Origin: a virus
Taxonomy: Duplodnaviria > Heunggongvirae > Uroviricota > Caudoviricetes
Strand: one strand, 5' to 3'
Length of the DNA stretch: 10,038 bases
Virus record (IMG/VR): IMGVR_UViG_2711768004_000011
In this document: in pieces, positions 1 to 6,884 of the stretch
How positions within the stretch are numbered: position 1 is the stretch's first letter
Layout of the letters: each line of letters opens with the position of its first letter
The notes under the pieces: model-generated
Database searches by the model: none
What the model saw: the letters and a program-made list of their open reading frames with translations, nothing else
Told to the model about the DNA's origin: nothing
Translations under genes and position numbers: made by a program

Positions 1-103
1 GGGACGGAAGTCGCTGTCGTTCTCAAAATCGGTGGAGCTGCATGACAAAGTCATCGGGCATTATCTGAACATAAAACACTATCAATAAGTTGGAGTCATT
101 ACC
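1..103 (+). mobile_element. IS1 right-end fragment (3' end of insB plus terminal inverted repeat); element continues past the left window edge
   Basis: Bases 1-103 match the 3' end of IS1 as I recall it. Frame 2 translates to ...GRKSLSFSKSVELHDKVIGHYLNIKHYQ with stop at 86-88 (InsB C-terminus). The terminal repeat ATCAATAAGTTGGAGTCATTACC ends at 103. Confidence 0.8.
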
Positions 104-235
104 AAACGGTTGAAATGTATGCCGCTACTTACGGGTCCTGTAATCCTCTGAATAAACCAGAGGGAAAAGATGATTTCGACAAAATTTACCGCTTCTTGGA
201 GGACCGCTATATCAAAAGCTTAGAGGACGCAGGGA

Positions 236-613
236 TCAAATCCCCAGTGAAGTCACCATTGTCCTGAGAACTTGCAGAACGTCATGATCATAACTTCCAT
301 CCAAACCGCGACGGCGAATTGCTTCTCGTATTACCGGAAGCAGTTCGCTGGAAATCTCGGTGCATATTTCACCTGATAATACGCTTGGCTCAAGTGAGAA
401 TATTGGTGAACTTACGGTCTTGGTCTCGACAGTTTCAGAGTCAGTGCCAACATTATAAAGCTCAACGAAAGCGGTCTTGATTTTCCGGGCCAGATCTTTT
501 GCTGGCTCGCTTGCAATATCTTTCCCGATTTCTCGCAGCACAGAATGCAATGTATGAGCTGCTGTTTTCTGTACATCAGACGGTAAATCTTTAAATTCCA
601 TCGTCAGCCTCAT
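236..613 (-). CDS. hypothetical small phage protein (early-left operon); likely true start at internal ATG (601) preceded by GAGG
   Basis: 125-aa ORF on the minus strand. The internal start MEFKDLPSDVQ... has GAGG 6 nt upstream. The ORF-track start at 613 overlaps the upstream gene's stop (TGATG). No family recognised from sequence alone. Confidence 0.5.
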   Translation of the reverse strand: MRLTMEFKDLPSDVQKTAAHTLHSVLREIGKDIASEPAKDLARKIKTAFVELYNVGTDSETVETKTVSSPIFSLEPSVLSGEICTEISSELLPVIREAIRRRGLDGSYDHDVLQVLRTMVTSLGI

Positions 614-819
614 CAGTCAGTGTTTCTGGCTAACCAGCAACGCGCGCCAGATTCGGTTTTAAACGTTTTGCTTTTGGTATACGTCATGGCGGTAAACGTT
701 CCATCCTGGTTAGGGAACACGCCGCACACCAGAGATTCGTTGTTGCCAAGATCGATAGTATCCATGCTGACCTCATTTCCCCTTAACGCCGGGGTGGCGG
801 AACAAAAAACCTGCTGCAT
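613..819 (-). CDS. hypothetical small phage protein; alternative start at 765 (MDTIDLG...) with GAGG-N5-ATG
   Basis: 68-aa minus-strand ORF lying between the operator-like region and the 125-aa gene. The internal ATG (plus-strand 763-765) has a good Shine-Dalgarno. Preferred over the antisense plus-strand ORF 620-832 because of the RBS and same-strand operon context. Confidence 0.4.
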   Translation of the reverse strand: MQQVFCSATPALRGNEVSMDTIDLGNNESLVCGVFPNQDGTFTAMTYTKSKTFKTESGARCWLARNTD

Positions 820-946
820 AGTTAAAGATTGAACCCTGCCGTCATGTTCTTACGCCTCGGGCTGGCTACTTAACCCCTGACCACTGTCTGGTAACTCGAA
901 GTATTGCCCTGCATTCTGTGGGGCGGGGTGGGTTGACGCCTGAAAC

Positions 947-989
947 AATAGCATCATTATTTTTTTTTGATGTAAATAGCATCGCTATT
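947..989. promoter_or_regulatory. operator-like palindromes (putative O_L): AATAGCATCATTATT (947-961) and AATAGCATCGCTATT (975-989)
   Basis: 975-989 is a perfect inverted repeat, AATAGC-ATC-GCTATT. It is nearly identical to the palindrome at 2086-2100 on the other side of the repressor operon. 947-961 shares the AATAGCATC half. Confidence 0.4.
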
Positions 990-1002
990 GTTTTTTGTTG
1001 GG

Positions 1003-1030
1003 GCAAGAAAAAACCACCCTAAGGTGGTTC
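1003..1030 (-). terminator. Rho-independent terminator candidate downstream of the repressor-antitoxin-toxin operon
   Basis: Stem ACCACC (1013-1018) pairs with GGTGGT (1023-1028) around a CTAA loop. On the minus strand the hairpin is followed by a T-run (plus-strand A-run 1006-1012), 16 nt past the parE stop. Confidence 0.5.
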
Positions 1031-1045
1031 TGTCGGCGGGAATAA

Positions 1046-1336
1046 TTAACTGTTTTTGCCTGGATACTGTCTTCGAGAATGCACAATATTTACTACTTCT
1101 ATGCTTGATGCTGTTACTCGGTAAAGGATGATGTAGTTAGGATGAGTTACAATTTCACGAAGACCAAGAACTCGCTCGCTTGGAGGATACAGGTAAGGAT
1201 GCTCTGTGAGCGGCAAAACGGATGTTTCAATTCGAATTTTCATTCTGCGTGCTGCCGCGGGATTTTCTTTAGCTATGTAGGCTACGATCTGGCGCAAATC
1301 ATCACGAGCAGATGGTAGCCATAAAACGGGTAACAT
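1046..1336 (-). CDS. parE: ParE/RelE-superfamily type II toxin (ParE2-like)
   Basis: 96-aa product MLPVLWLPSARDDLRQIVAYIAKENPAAARRM...HPNYIILYRV...VVNIVHSRRQYP has the characteristic ParE-family layout. Its start overlaps the stop of the upstream small ORF by 1 nt, the usual antitoxin-toxin arrangement. Confidence 0.8.
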   Translation of the reverse strand: MLPVLWLPSARDDLRQIVAYIAKENPAAARRMKIRIETSVLPLTEHPYLYPPSERVLGLREIVTHPNYIILYRVTASSIEVVNIVHSRRQYPGKNS

Positions 1337-1530
1337 TATTCACCTCTGTGAGTTGCAGCAGCAATTTGGGCAATAATTTGTTCCATTTCCGCCATTACCT
1401 CATCATGCGGAATCGCCGGGCGGGGATCCGCGAGGCTTGCTGCTACTTTGGCCCGCAGCCATTCGTTGTAACTATTTTCTTGCTCAACTGTCTCAAATTC
1501 TGAAACCATTGGGGAAAGGACTGTACTCAT
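1336..1530 (-). CDS. small antitoxin partner of ParE (PaaA2-like)
   Basis: 64-aa acidic ORF immediately upstream of and coupled to the ParE-like gene. A strong RBS (GAGGAG) sits 7 nt before the ATG. The sequence ...SPMVSEFETVEQENSYNEWLRAKVAASLADPRPAIPHDEV... resembles the PaaA2 antitoxin as I recall it. Confidence 0.65.
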   Translation of the reverse strand: MSTVLSPMVSEFETVEQENSYNEWLRAKVAASLADPRPAIPHDEVMAEMEQIIAQIAAATHRGE

Positions 1531-1549
1531 TTTACATATCTCCTCTGAT

Positions 1550-2080
1550 TTAGGCGCGACGGCCTTTTTGTGCAGCTAACCACCGCGCAACCGTACGATC
1601 CATTGATTCTTTTTTATCTTTCATCTCCTGAAGCATGTGTTCTTGATCTTCTTTCGGAAAAGCTCTGAACGTATGGATTAAATCTCGTTCCATCGGCTCT
1701 ACGGCAAACGGTAGTTCATCCTCTGTTTGTTCTGTGTCTGCTGGTAATGCGACTATGTTATCTTGCTGTGGTTCTCGACAATACATCCTTGCAATTTGCA
1801 GCAAATCTACCATGTCTGGCCTGATTGACTCAGGGGGAACTTTCAGTAAGCCAGCAAACTTTAGAACAGCCTCAAGGTTTAGTGGGGTTTGACCATTTAG
1901 GTAGTGACTTACCGCCCCTTGTGTTGAAAACCCCATAATTTCCGCCGCACGTTCCTGAGTCAATCCCAACTGAGATTTCTTTGCCATCCAGATTTCTTTC
2001 AGTCTTCTGGCGGCGTTGAGGTCGGTGTCTGACAATGATTTTCTTTTCATACATCCAATTCTAATAAGATTGCTAATCAC
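1550..2080 (-). CDS. CI-like HTH (XRE-family) repressor without S24 peptidase domain; PaaR2-like regulator
   Basis: 176-aa product with a classical HTH: LGLTQERAAEIMGFSTQGAVSHYLNGQTPLNLEAVLKFAGLL. It is divergent from the Cro-like gene and heads the antitoxin-toxin operon with a 19-nt gap. The C-terminal half shows no Ser/Lys peptidase motif. Confidence 0.7.
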   Translation of the reverse strand: MISNLIRIGCMKRKSLSDTDLNAARRLKEIWMAKKSQLGLTQERAAEIMGFSTQGAVSHYLNGQTPLNLEAVLKFAGLLKVPPESIRPDMVDLLQIARMYCREPQQDNIVALPADTEQTEDELPFAVEPMERDLIHTFRAFPKEDQEHMLQEMKDKKESMDRTVARWLAAQKGRRA

Positions 2081-2085
2081 TTTGA

Positions 2086-2125
2086 AATAGTATCACTATT
2101 TACTTTTAAAAATAACAGTGCTATT
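2086..2125. promoter_or_regulatory. divergent operator/promoter region (putative O_R): AATAGTATCACTATT (2086-2100) and AATAACAGTGCTATT (2111-2125)
   Basis: Palindrome AATAGT-ATC-ACTATT with AATAG/CTATT arms, and a second AATA...CTATT site 25 bp away. They sit in the 81-bp gap between the divergent repressor and Cro-like genes, and the motif matches 975-989. Confidence 0.45.
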
Positions 2126-2161
2126 AATTATGCATTGGTAACACATCACATAGGGCGGATT

Positions 2162-2425
2162 ATGAATCTTGGAGAATATTTGCATCATTTTCATATAACC
2201 CAGAGTTCATTTGCTGAGATTGTTGGCGCATCCCAAGGGATGGTCAGCCACGTTATAACGGGGCGTGCAAAACTTACAGGAGAAAAAATATTACGTTGGT
2301 GTGAAGCAACGGGATGGGTGGTGACCCCACATGAGATTGACAGTAAAACCTACCCCAACCCAACTGACGGCTTGCCTGCTGAGTTTCAGGCTAACACACA
2401 ACCATCGGCGGGGGTTGATTCATGA
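2162..2425 (+). CDS. Cro/YdaS-like HTH regulator (ORF-track start is TTG at 2135; ATG at 2162 more likely)
   Basis: Product MNLGEYLHHFHITQSSFAEIVGASQGMVSHVITGRAKLTGEKILRWCEATGWVVTPHEI... has an HTH pattern typical of Cro/YdaS-family proteins. It is divergent from the repressor and coupled to the next gene through an ATGA overlap. Confidence 0.65.
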   Translation: MNLGEYLHHFHITQSSFAEIVGASQGMVSHVITGRAKLTGEKILRWCEATGWVVTPHEIDSKTYPNPTDGLPAEFQANTQPSAGVDS

Positions 2426-2847
2426 AAATCAAGCATGAACACATCCGCATGGCGATGAAAGCCTGGGCGCATCCGGACGGTGAAAAAGTTCCGGCAGCTG
2501 AAATAACCAGGGTTTATTTCGAACTGGGAATGACGTTTCCGGTTCTGCATAACGACAGCAAGCACAACACGCTTTATCTCAACACCCAAAAGATTTTCCG
2601 TTGGCTGGATAAAGACACCCCTGACGCTGTTGAAAAAATTCAGGCGTTGTTACCTGCGATCGAAAGGGCAATGCCACCTCCGCTGGTGGCTCGAATGCGC
2701 AGCCACAGTTCAGCTTATTTTCGGGAACTGGTGGAGACGCATGAACGACTGGTGAGAGACGCTGATGATTTTGTCGCAGTGGCAATCGCCGGTTTCAATC
2801 AGATGAACCGTGGTGGCCCGGCAGGAAATGCTGTGGCAGTACATTGA
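2422..2847 (+). CDS. ydaT: YdaT-family protein (cII-position regulator; toxin YdaT-like domain)
   Basis: 141-aa product starts MKIKHEHI... and ends ...AVAVH, resembling Rac prophage YdaT as I recall it. Position after the cro-like gene matches the Rac ydaS-ydaT arrangement. Confidence 0.6.
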   Translation: MKIKHEHIRMAMKAWAHPDGEKVPAAEITRVYFELGMTFPVLHNDSKHNTLYLNTQKIFRWLDKDTPDAVEKIQALLPAIERAMPPPLVARMRSHSSAYFRELVETHERLVRDADDFVAVAIAGFNQMNRGGPAGNAVAVH

Positions 2848-2918
2848 CTGACAATAGCCATATCGAATCGCTCCCGGCAACTCGTGAGTAAAAAGATTCG
2901 GTATCAGAAGAGGTGAGT

Positions 2919-3983
2919 ATGGCTAACGCCTGGCTCAGATTATGGCATGACATGCCAAATGACCCTAAGTGGCGAACAATTGCCAGGGTGTCAGGGCAGC
3001 CAATTGCAACAGTGATGGCAGTGTATATCCACCTCCTGGTGAGCGCGTCACGAAATGTCACGCGAGGTCACATTGATGTCACGACAGAAGATTTGGCAAG
3101 TGCGCTCGACGTGACAGAAGAGGTAATTGATTCAATTTTGCAGACGATGCAGGGGCGGGTACTTGATGGTGATTTAATCACTGGATGGGAAAAACGCCAG
3201 GTGCTTAAAGAGGACAACGGCAATATTTCGCAAACCGCAAAATCTCCTGCAGAGCGCAAGAGGGCGCAGCGAGAGAGGGAAAGAAAGCGGGAACAAAATG
3301 GCGATTGTCACGGCGCGTCACGAAATGTCACGCACATGTCACGACGAGTCACGACAGATACAGATAAAGATACAGATAAAGAAGATCAAAACACTATGGT
3401 CCATGGCGTAAAAAACGCCACGAACCAGGCAGGGGATGTTCAGACCGTCAATCCTGGTCAGCCAGCAGGCTCGACACCGGAAGCCGATTCAGCGTATGCG
3501 CTGAAAGCCGATTCGGGCGCTGTGCAGCAGGTGATGACCGCAAGGCCGGAGCAATCACTCCAACTGCAGCAGCCTGAAGCCGATTCCGCCATTCAGCGGG
3601 AAGCCGATCGGGTAGCCCCGGAAAACACCGGGCAGCCTGTGGGACGAGTGGATTATCCGGATGTGTTCGAACAGGTCTGGCGGGAATACCCGTTGCGTGC
3701 CGGGGCAAACCCGAAGAAATCCGCATTCAGTGCCTGGAAGGCCAGATTGCGCGAGGGGGTGCCACCAGAGACCATGCTGGATGGTGTGAGGCGTTACGCG
3801 AGATACCTGGCGGCGACCGGGAAAGCGGGAACGGAATTTGTTCAGCGAGCGACGACGTTTTTTGGGCCGGACCGGAATTTTGAAAACCCCTGGTTGCTCC
3901 CGGTAAGCGGCACGAACAACCAGCGTTGTGTGAATCATATTTCTGAACCGGATACCGAAATTCCGCCGGGATTCAGGGGGTGA
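2919..3983 (+). CDS. phage replication initiator (lambda O-like functional analogue; Rac YdaU-position) with internal repeats
   Basis: ATG at 2919 is preceded by GAGG; the ORF-track start is GTG 2913. The gene sits directly upstream of the DnaC-like gene with a 6-nt gap. The coding sequence contains clustered GTCACG motifs and AAGCCGATTC repeats, as expected for an origin embedded in an initiator gene. Confidence 0.55.
   Translation: MANAWLRLWHDMPNDPKWRTIARVSGQPIATVMAVYIHLLVSASRNVTRGHIDVTTEDLASALDVTEEVIDSILQTMQGRVLDGDLITGWEKRQVLKEDNGNISQTAKSPAERKRAQRERERKREQNGDCHGASRNVTHMSRRVTTDTDKDTDKEDQNTMVHGVKNATNQAGDVQTVNPGQPAGSTPEADSAYALKADSGAVQQVMTARPEQSLQLQQPEADSAIQREADRVAPENTGQPVGRVDYPDVFEQVWREYPLRAGANPKKSAFSAWKARLREGVPPETMLDGVRRYARYLAATGKAGTEFVQRATTFFGPDRNFENPWLLPVSGTNNQRCVNHISEPDTEIPPGFRG
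3043..3083. repeat. iteron-like cluster 1: four GTCAC(G/A) motifs; the 21-bp GCGCGTCACGAAATGTCACGC is repeated exactly at 3313-3333
   Basis: GTCACG at 3047, 3057 and 3078, and GTCACA at 3067. The 21-mer at 3043-3063 is identical to 3313-3333. Confidence 0.5.
3307..3384. repeat. iteron-like cluster 2 (five GTCACG motifs, 3307-3353) followed by tandem CAGATAAAGA(T/A)(A/G) repeat (3361-3384)
   Basis: GTCACG at 3307, 3317, 3327, 3338 and 3348. An exact copy of the 21-mer from cluster 1 lies at 3313-3333. Tandem 12-mers follow at 3361-3372 and 3373-3384. Confidence 0.5.
3480..3610. repeat. four phased copies of (G)AAGCCGATTC (3481, 3505, 3577, 3601; the last is AAGCCGATCG)
   Basis: Copies are spaced 24, 72 and 24 bp apart (multiples of 24, in frame). 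They encode a repeated EADS/KADS peptide motif; they may be initiator-binding iterons or simply a protein linker repeat. Confidence 0.4.
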
Positions 3984-3989
3984 TGTGGC

Positions 3990-5071
3990 ATGAAAAACAT
4001 TGCGGCAGCCGGGGTTCTTGAACGTATTCACAGACTTGCACCACAGGGGGCGGTTCCACCGTACCGGACGGTGGAGGAGTGGCGGGNNNNNNNNNNNNNN
4101 NNNNNNNNNNNNNNNNNNNNNNNNNNNNNNNNNNNNNNNNNNNNNNNNNNNNNNNNNNNNNNNNNNNNNNNNNNNNNNNNNNNNNNNNNNNNNNNNNNNN
4201 NNNNNNNNNNNNNNNNNNNNNNNNNNNNNNNNNNNNNNNNNNNNNNNNNNNNNNNNNNNNNNNNNNNNNNNNNNNNNNNNNNNNNNNNNNNNNNNNNNNN
4301 NNNNNNNNNNNNNNNNNNNNNNNNNNNNNNNNNNNNNNNNNNNNNNNNNNNNNNNNNNNNNNNNNNNNNNNNNNNNNNNNNNNNNNNNNNNNNNNNNNNN
4401 NNNNNNNNNNNNNNNNNNNNNNNNNNNNNNNNNNNNNNNNNNNNNNNNNNNNNNNNNNNNNNNNNNNNNNNNNNNNNNNNNNNNNNNNNNNNNNNNNNNN
4501 NNNNNNNNNNNNNNNNNNNNNNNNNNNNNNNNNNNNNNNNNNNNNNNNNNNNNNNNNNNNNNNNNNNNNNNNNNNNNNNNNNNNNNNNCAGGCCAAATCC
4601 ATAGCTGACGAACTGATGACCGGGTGCACGAATTTTGTGTTCAGCGGTAAAACCGGCACCGGGAAAAATCACCTTGCAGCGGCGATGGGTAACCGGCTGA
4701 TGGCGAAGGGGCGCAGCGTGATTATCGTCACCGAGTCTGATGTCATGAGCGTGTTGCATGACAGCTACGACAACGGCAAATCCGGTGAAAAATTTTTACA
4801 GGAGCTTTGCGGGGTTGATTTGCTGGTCCTGGATGAAATAGGCATTCAGCGGGAGACGAAAAACGAGCAGGTGGTATTGCACCAGATAATTGATCGCCGG
4901 ACAGCATCACTGTGCAGTGTCGGGATGTTAACAAACCTGAATCATGCCGCAATGAGCACGCTTCTTGGTGAGAGGATTATGGACCGCATGACCATGAACG
5001 GTTGTCGGTGGGTGACGTTTAACTGGGATAGCTGGCGTTCAAATGTCAGCTTTCCGGGAGTTGTGAAGTAA
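3990..5071 (+). CDS. DnaC-like replicative helicase loader (lambda P analogue; Rac YdaV-like), interrupted by an assembly gap
   Basis: N-terminus MKNIAAAGVLERIHRL resembles E. coli DnaC (MKNVGDLMQRL...). The post-gap part carries Walker A GKTGTGKNHLAAAMG and Walker B LLVLDEIG. The C-terminus ...WVTFNWDSWRSNV matches the DnaC C-terminus as I recall it. The two parts are in different frames across the N-run. Confidence 0.8.
4087..4588. other. assembly gap (502 N)
   Basis: Uninterrupted run of N from 4087 to 4588. Confidence 0.99.
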
Positions 5072-5092
5072 TTTTTGTTGGAGGATGTTTTA

Positions 5093-5818
5093 ATGGAAAC
5101 TGTATTTGACGCACTGAAAGCACTGAAAAGAGCCTCTTCACATGTGGTGGCGTCCCGCCTTGGAATCAGCCGTGAAGATGCGGTCAACGAACTGTGGAAA
5201 CTGAAGCGCCGTGGTGAAGCGGATAACAAGGGTTCGATGTGGTGGCTGATTCAGGCTGGTGAAAGTGAACCAGTGTCACCGGTACCGAAAGTGACAGCGC
5301 AAATGCTGACTGAGGCGATTGAACAACATGGCCCACAAACGGCGGATGAGCTGGCACTGATGTTCGGGATTACCTCCCGCCGGGCGAATTCATCGCTGGC
5401 CATGGCAATCAGCAAAGGGCGTCTGATTCGCGTGAATCAGGGCGGTAAATTTCGGTACTGCATACCGGGCGCTGATTTACCGGCAGAGCCGAAAGCCGCA
5501 TCCATAGCGGAAACGGATGGTAAAGTCTTTCCTCAGCCAGCAGGTGTTGCGTTACCGGTACAGGAAGCTGCAACACAGGAAGAAATTAAAACAGAAACTG
5601 TGGCGGACATTGTGCAGTCGTTGCCATCGTTCACCGAAACGCAAGCGGATGACCTGGTTTTACCATCGCTGCATATGGCAAACCGCGAACTGCGTCGGGC
5701 GAAAAGTCATGTCCAGAAGTGGGAGCGTGTCTGCGCCGCGTTGCGGGAGCTGAACAAGCACCGGGATATTGTTCGACAGATTGTCGATTCCTCCGGTCGT
5801 ATTGTGTCGGAAAAGTGA
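5093..5818 (+). CDS. hypothetical phage protein with two winged-helix-like segments and a basic helical C-terminus
   Basis: ATG at 5093 has GGAGG 8 nt upstream; the ORF track begins at TTG 5075. 241 aa, placed immediately after the DnaC-like gene. No family recognised confidently. Confidence 0.5.
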   Translation: METVFDALKALKRASSHVVASRLGISREDAVNELWKLKRRGEADNKGSMWWLIQAGESEPVSPVPKVTAQMLTEAIEQHGPQTADELALMFGITSRRANSSLAMAISKGRLIRVNQGGKFRYCIPGADLPAEPKAASIAETDGKVFPQPAGVALPVQEAATQEEIKTETVADIVQSLPSFTETQADDLVLPSLHMANRELRRAKSHVQKWERVCAALRELNKHRDIVRQIVDSSGRIVSEK

Positions 5819-5833
5819 TTGCCGGGGGCGCTT

Positions 5834-6256
5834 ATGGCAAAAGTATTTACACAGGAAGAGCGGGAAAAAATTAAGGGGCAGGTTGTTGAACTCGTACGCC
5901 AGAGTGGGCGCGAGACGTTACGACAACTGGAAGCTAAAACCGGGGCGACAAGATATTTAATAAGCGTTCTCGCCAGAGAGCTGGTTGCCAGTGGGGATGT
6001 ATACAACTCTGGCTACGGGTTATTCCCGTCTGAACAGGCTCGTAAGGACTGGCAAAACGCCCGCAAAAAACTCTCGAGGGCAAAGCTGAAGAAACCATCT
6101 GTGGTTGATCCGGACCTTATCTGGTCATTACCGGACGGAGAAATACGCCGCTACGACAGACATCAGAACATAATCTGTCGCGAGTGCCGGAAGAGTGAAG
6201 TTATGCAGCGTGTACCGGCTTTCTATCAGGGTGATTTTCAGGAGGCGGTACTGTGA
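5834..6256 (+). CDS. hypothetical phage protein (wHTH-like N-terminus, C-terminal CxxC)
   Basis: ATG at 5834 follows the previous stop by 15 nt; the ORF-track start is TTG 5819. Product MAKVFTQEEREKIKGQVVELVRQSGRETLRQLEAKTGATRYLISVLARELVASGDV... ICRECRKSEV. Confidence 0.5.
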   Translation: MAKVFTQEEREKIKGQVVELVRQSGRETLRQLEAKTGATRYLISVLARELVASGDVYNSGYGLFPSEQARKDWQNARKKLSRAKLKKPSVVDPDLIWSLPDGEIRRYDRHQNIICRECRKSEVMQRVPAFYQGDFQEAVL

Positions 6257-6313
6257 GTGAAATTAGCTATCAGGCTTCAATTACCGCTGGCATTCGCATC
6301 AAAGGAGAGGAGC

Positions 6314-6670
6314 ATGGAAATAAAACCAGAAGATGAGTTAAGCAATATTGTTTTATTTCCGGTAAAAGAGGATAACCCTCGTAATCAGGTTAATTTTCTT
6401 TATGAGCCATCGGAAAGACCATATTGCCATCACGCTTCTGTCCGGGTTGACGAAAAAGAGCGTCAGGTCCGCTGTAAAATTTGCGGTGCAGTTGTGGAGC
6501 CATTTGACTGGATGCTCTCTGTGGCGAAAAGAGAAACCAGACTGGCAGATGATGTAAGGCTCTTGCGCCAGGAGGAGCGGGAAAGGCGAAAAAATATAGA
6601 AAAGCTAATCCAGATTGAGCGTAATGCGAAAGCGCGGATACGCAGGGTGACAAAATATAGCCCCGAATAA
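6314..6670 (+). CDS. hypothetical small protein with putative zinc-ribbon (C-H-H...C-K-I-C) and a basic coiled C-terminus
   Basis: ATG at 6314 is preceded by a strong RBS (AAGGAGAGG); the ORF track begins at GTG 6257. Contains the motif PYCHHASVRVDEKERQVRCKICG. Confidence 0.5.
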   Translation: MEIKPEDELSNIVLFPVKEDNPRNQVNFLYEPSERPYCHHASVRVDEKERQVRCKICGAVVEPFDWMLSVAKRETRLADDVRLLRQEERERRKNIEKLIQIERNAKARIRRVTKYSPE

Positions 6671-6884
6671 TCAAGGTTATTTCTGGAAGTCAAGTCGTGA
6701 GTGATGAGGACTAACAAATACGGTGAACTCGATAAAGAGATTCAGGACGAACTGGAGGCCAGGAATGATTGACAAATCACCAAGTGAGTTCAGCTACAAA
6801 GATTTATTGTCATAACGGGTTATGAGATCGACTTGGTGCGTGATATTCTTCGGGCCAGTTTGCTATGCGCCACCATGAGATGTT

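Noticed and set aside
620-832. Plus-strand 70-aa ORF antisense to the 68-aa minus-strand gene
   Set aside because: The product is low-complexity and hydrophobic and has no RBS. The minus-strand ORF has a GAGG-spaced ATG and fits the leftward operon, so I kept that one, though still with modest confidence.
1312-1503. Plus-strand 63-aa ORF overlapping the antitoxin and toxin genes
   Set aside because: Antisense to a well-supported, translationally coupled TA pair, with no independent signal.
1872-2054. Minus-strand 60-aa ORF inside the repressor gene (alternate frame)
   Set aside because: Same-strand alternate frame within the HTH-encoding region of the repressor. The repressor frame carries the recognisable HTH motif.
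2386-3061. Minus-strand ORFs 2386-2589, 2579-2785 and 2795-3061 antisense to the YdaT-like and initiator genes
   Set aside because: Antisense overlaps of supported plus-strand genes with no RBS or promoter context.
3043-3610. Possibility that the internal repeats are a CRISPR array
   Set aside because: Repeat units are 6-21 bp, irregularly spaced, and lie inside a continuous ORF. There is no repeat-spacer periodicity of about 28-37 bp and no cas genes nearby.
3068-4031. Minus-strand ORFs 3068-3259, 3448-3726 and 3555-4031 antisense to the replication initiator gene
   Set aside because: They lie entirely within the GC-rich initiator coding region on the opposite strand, have no RBS or operon context, and look like typical antisense shadows of a high-GC gene.
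3973-4759. Long ORFs running through the N-run (3973-4659 minus, 4028-4759 minus, 4000-4608 plus, 4079 start)
   Set aside because: Artefacts of translating N as X across the assembly gap. Only the DnaC-like frame on either side of the gap is supported by motifs.
4743-6717. Overlapping or antisense ORFs 4743-4952, 4942-5229, 5517-5753, 5707-6006, 5769-5960, 6390-6674 and 6463-6717
   Set aside because: All are embedded within or opposite the better-supported plus-strand genes (DnaC-like and the three hypothetical genes with good RBSs), and their products are compositionally odd (Arg/Ser/Cys-rich).
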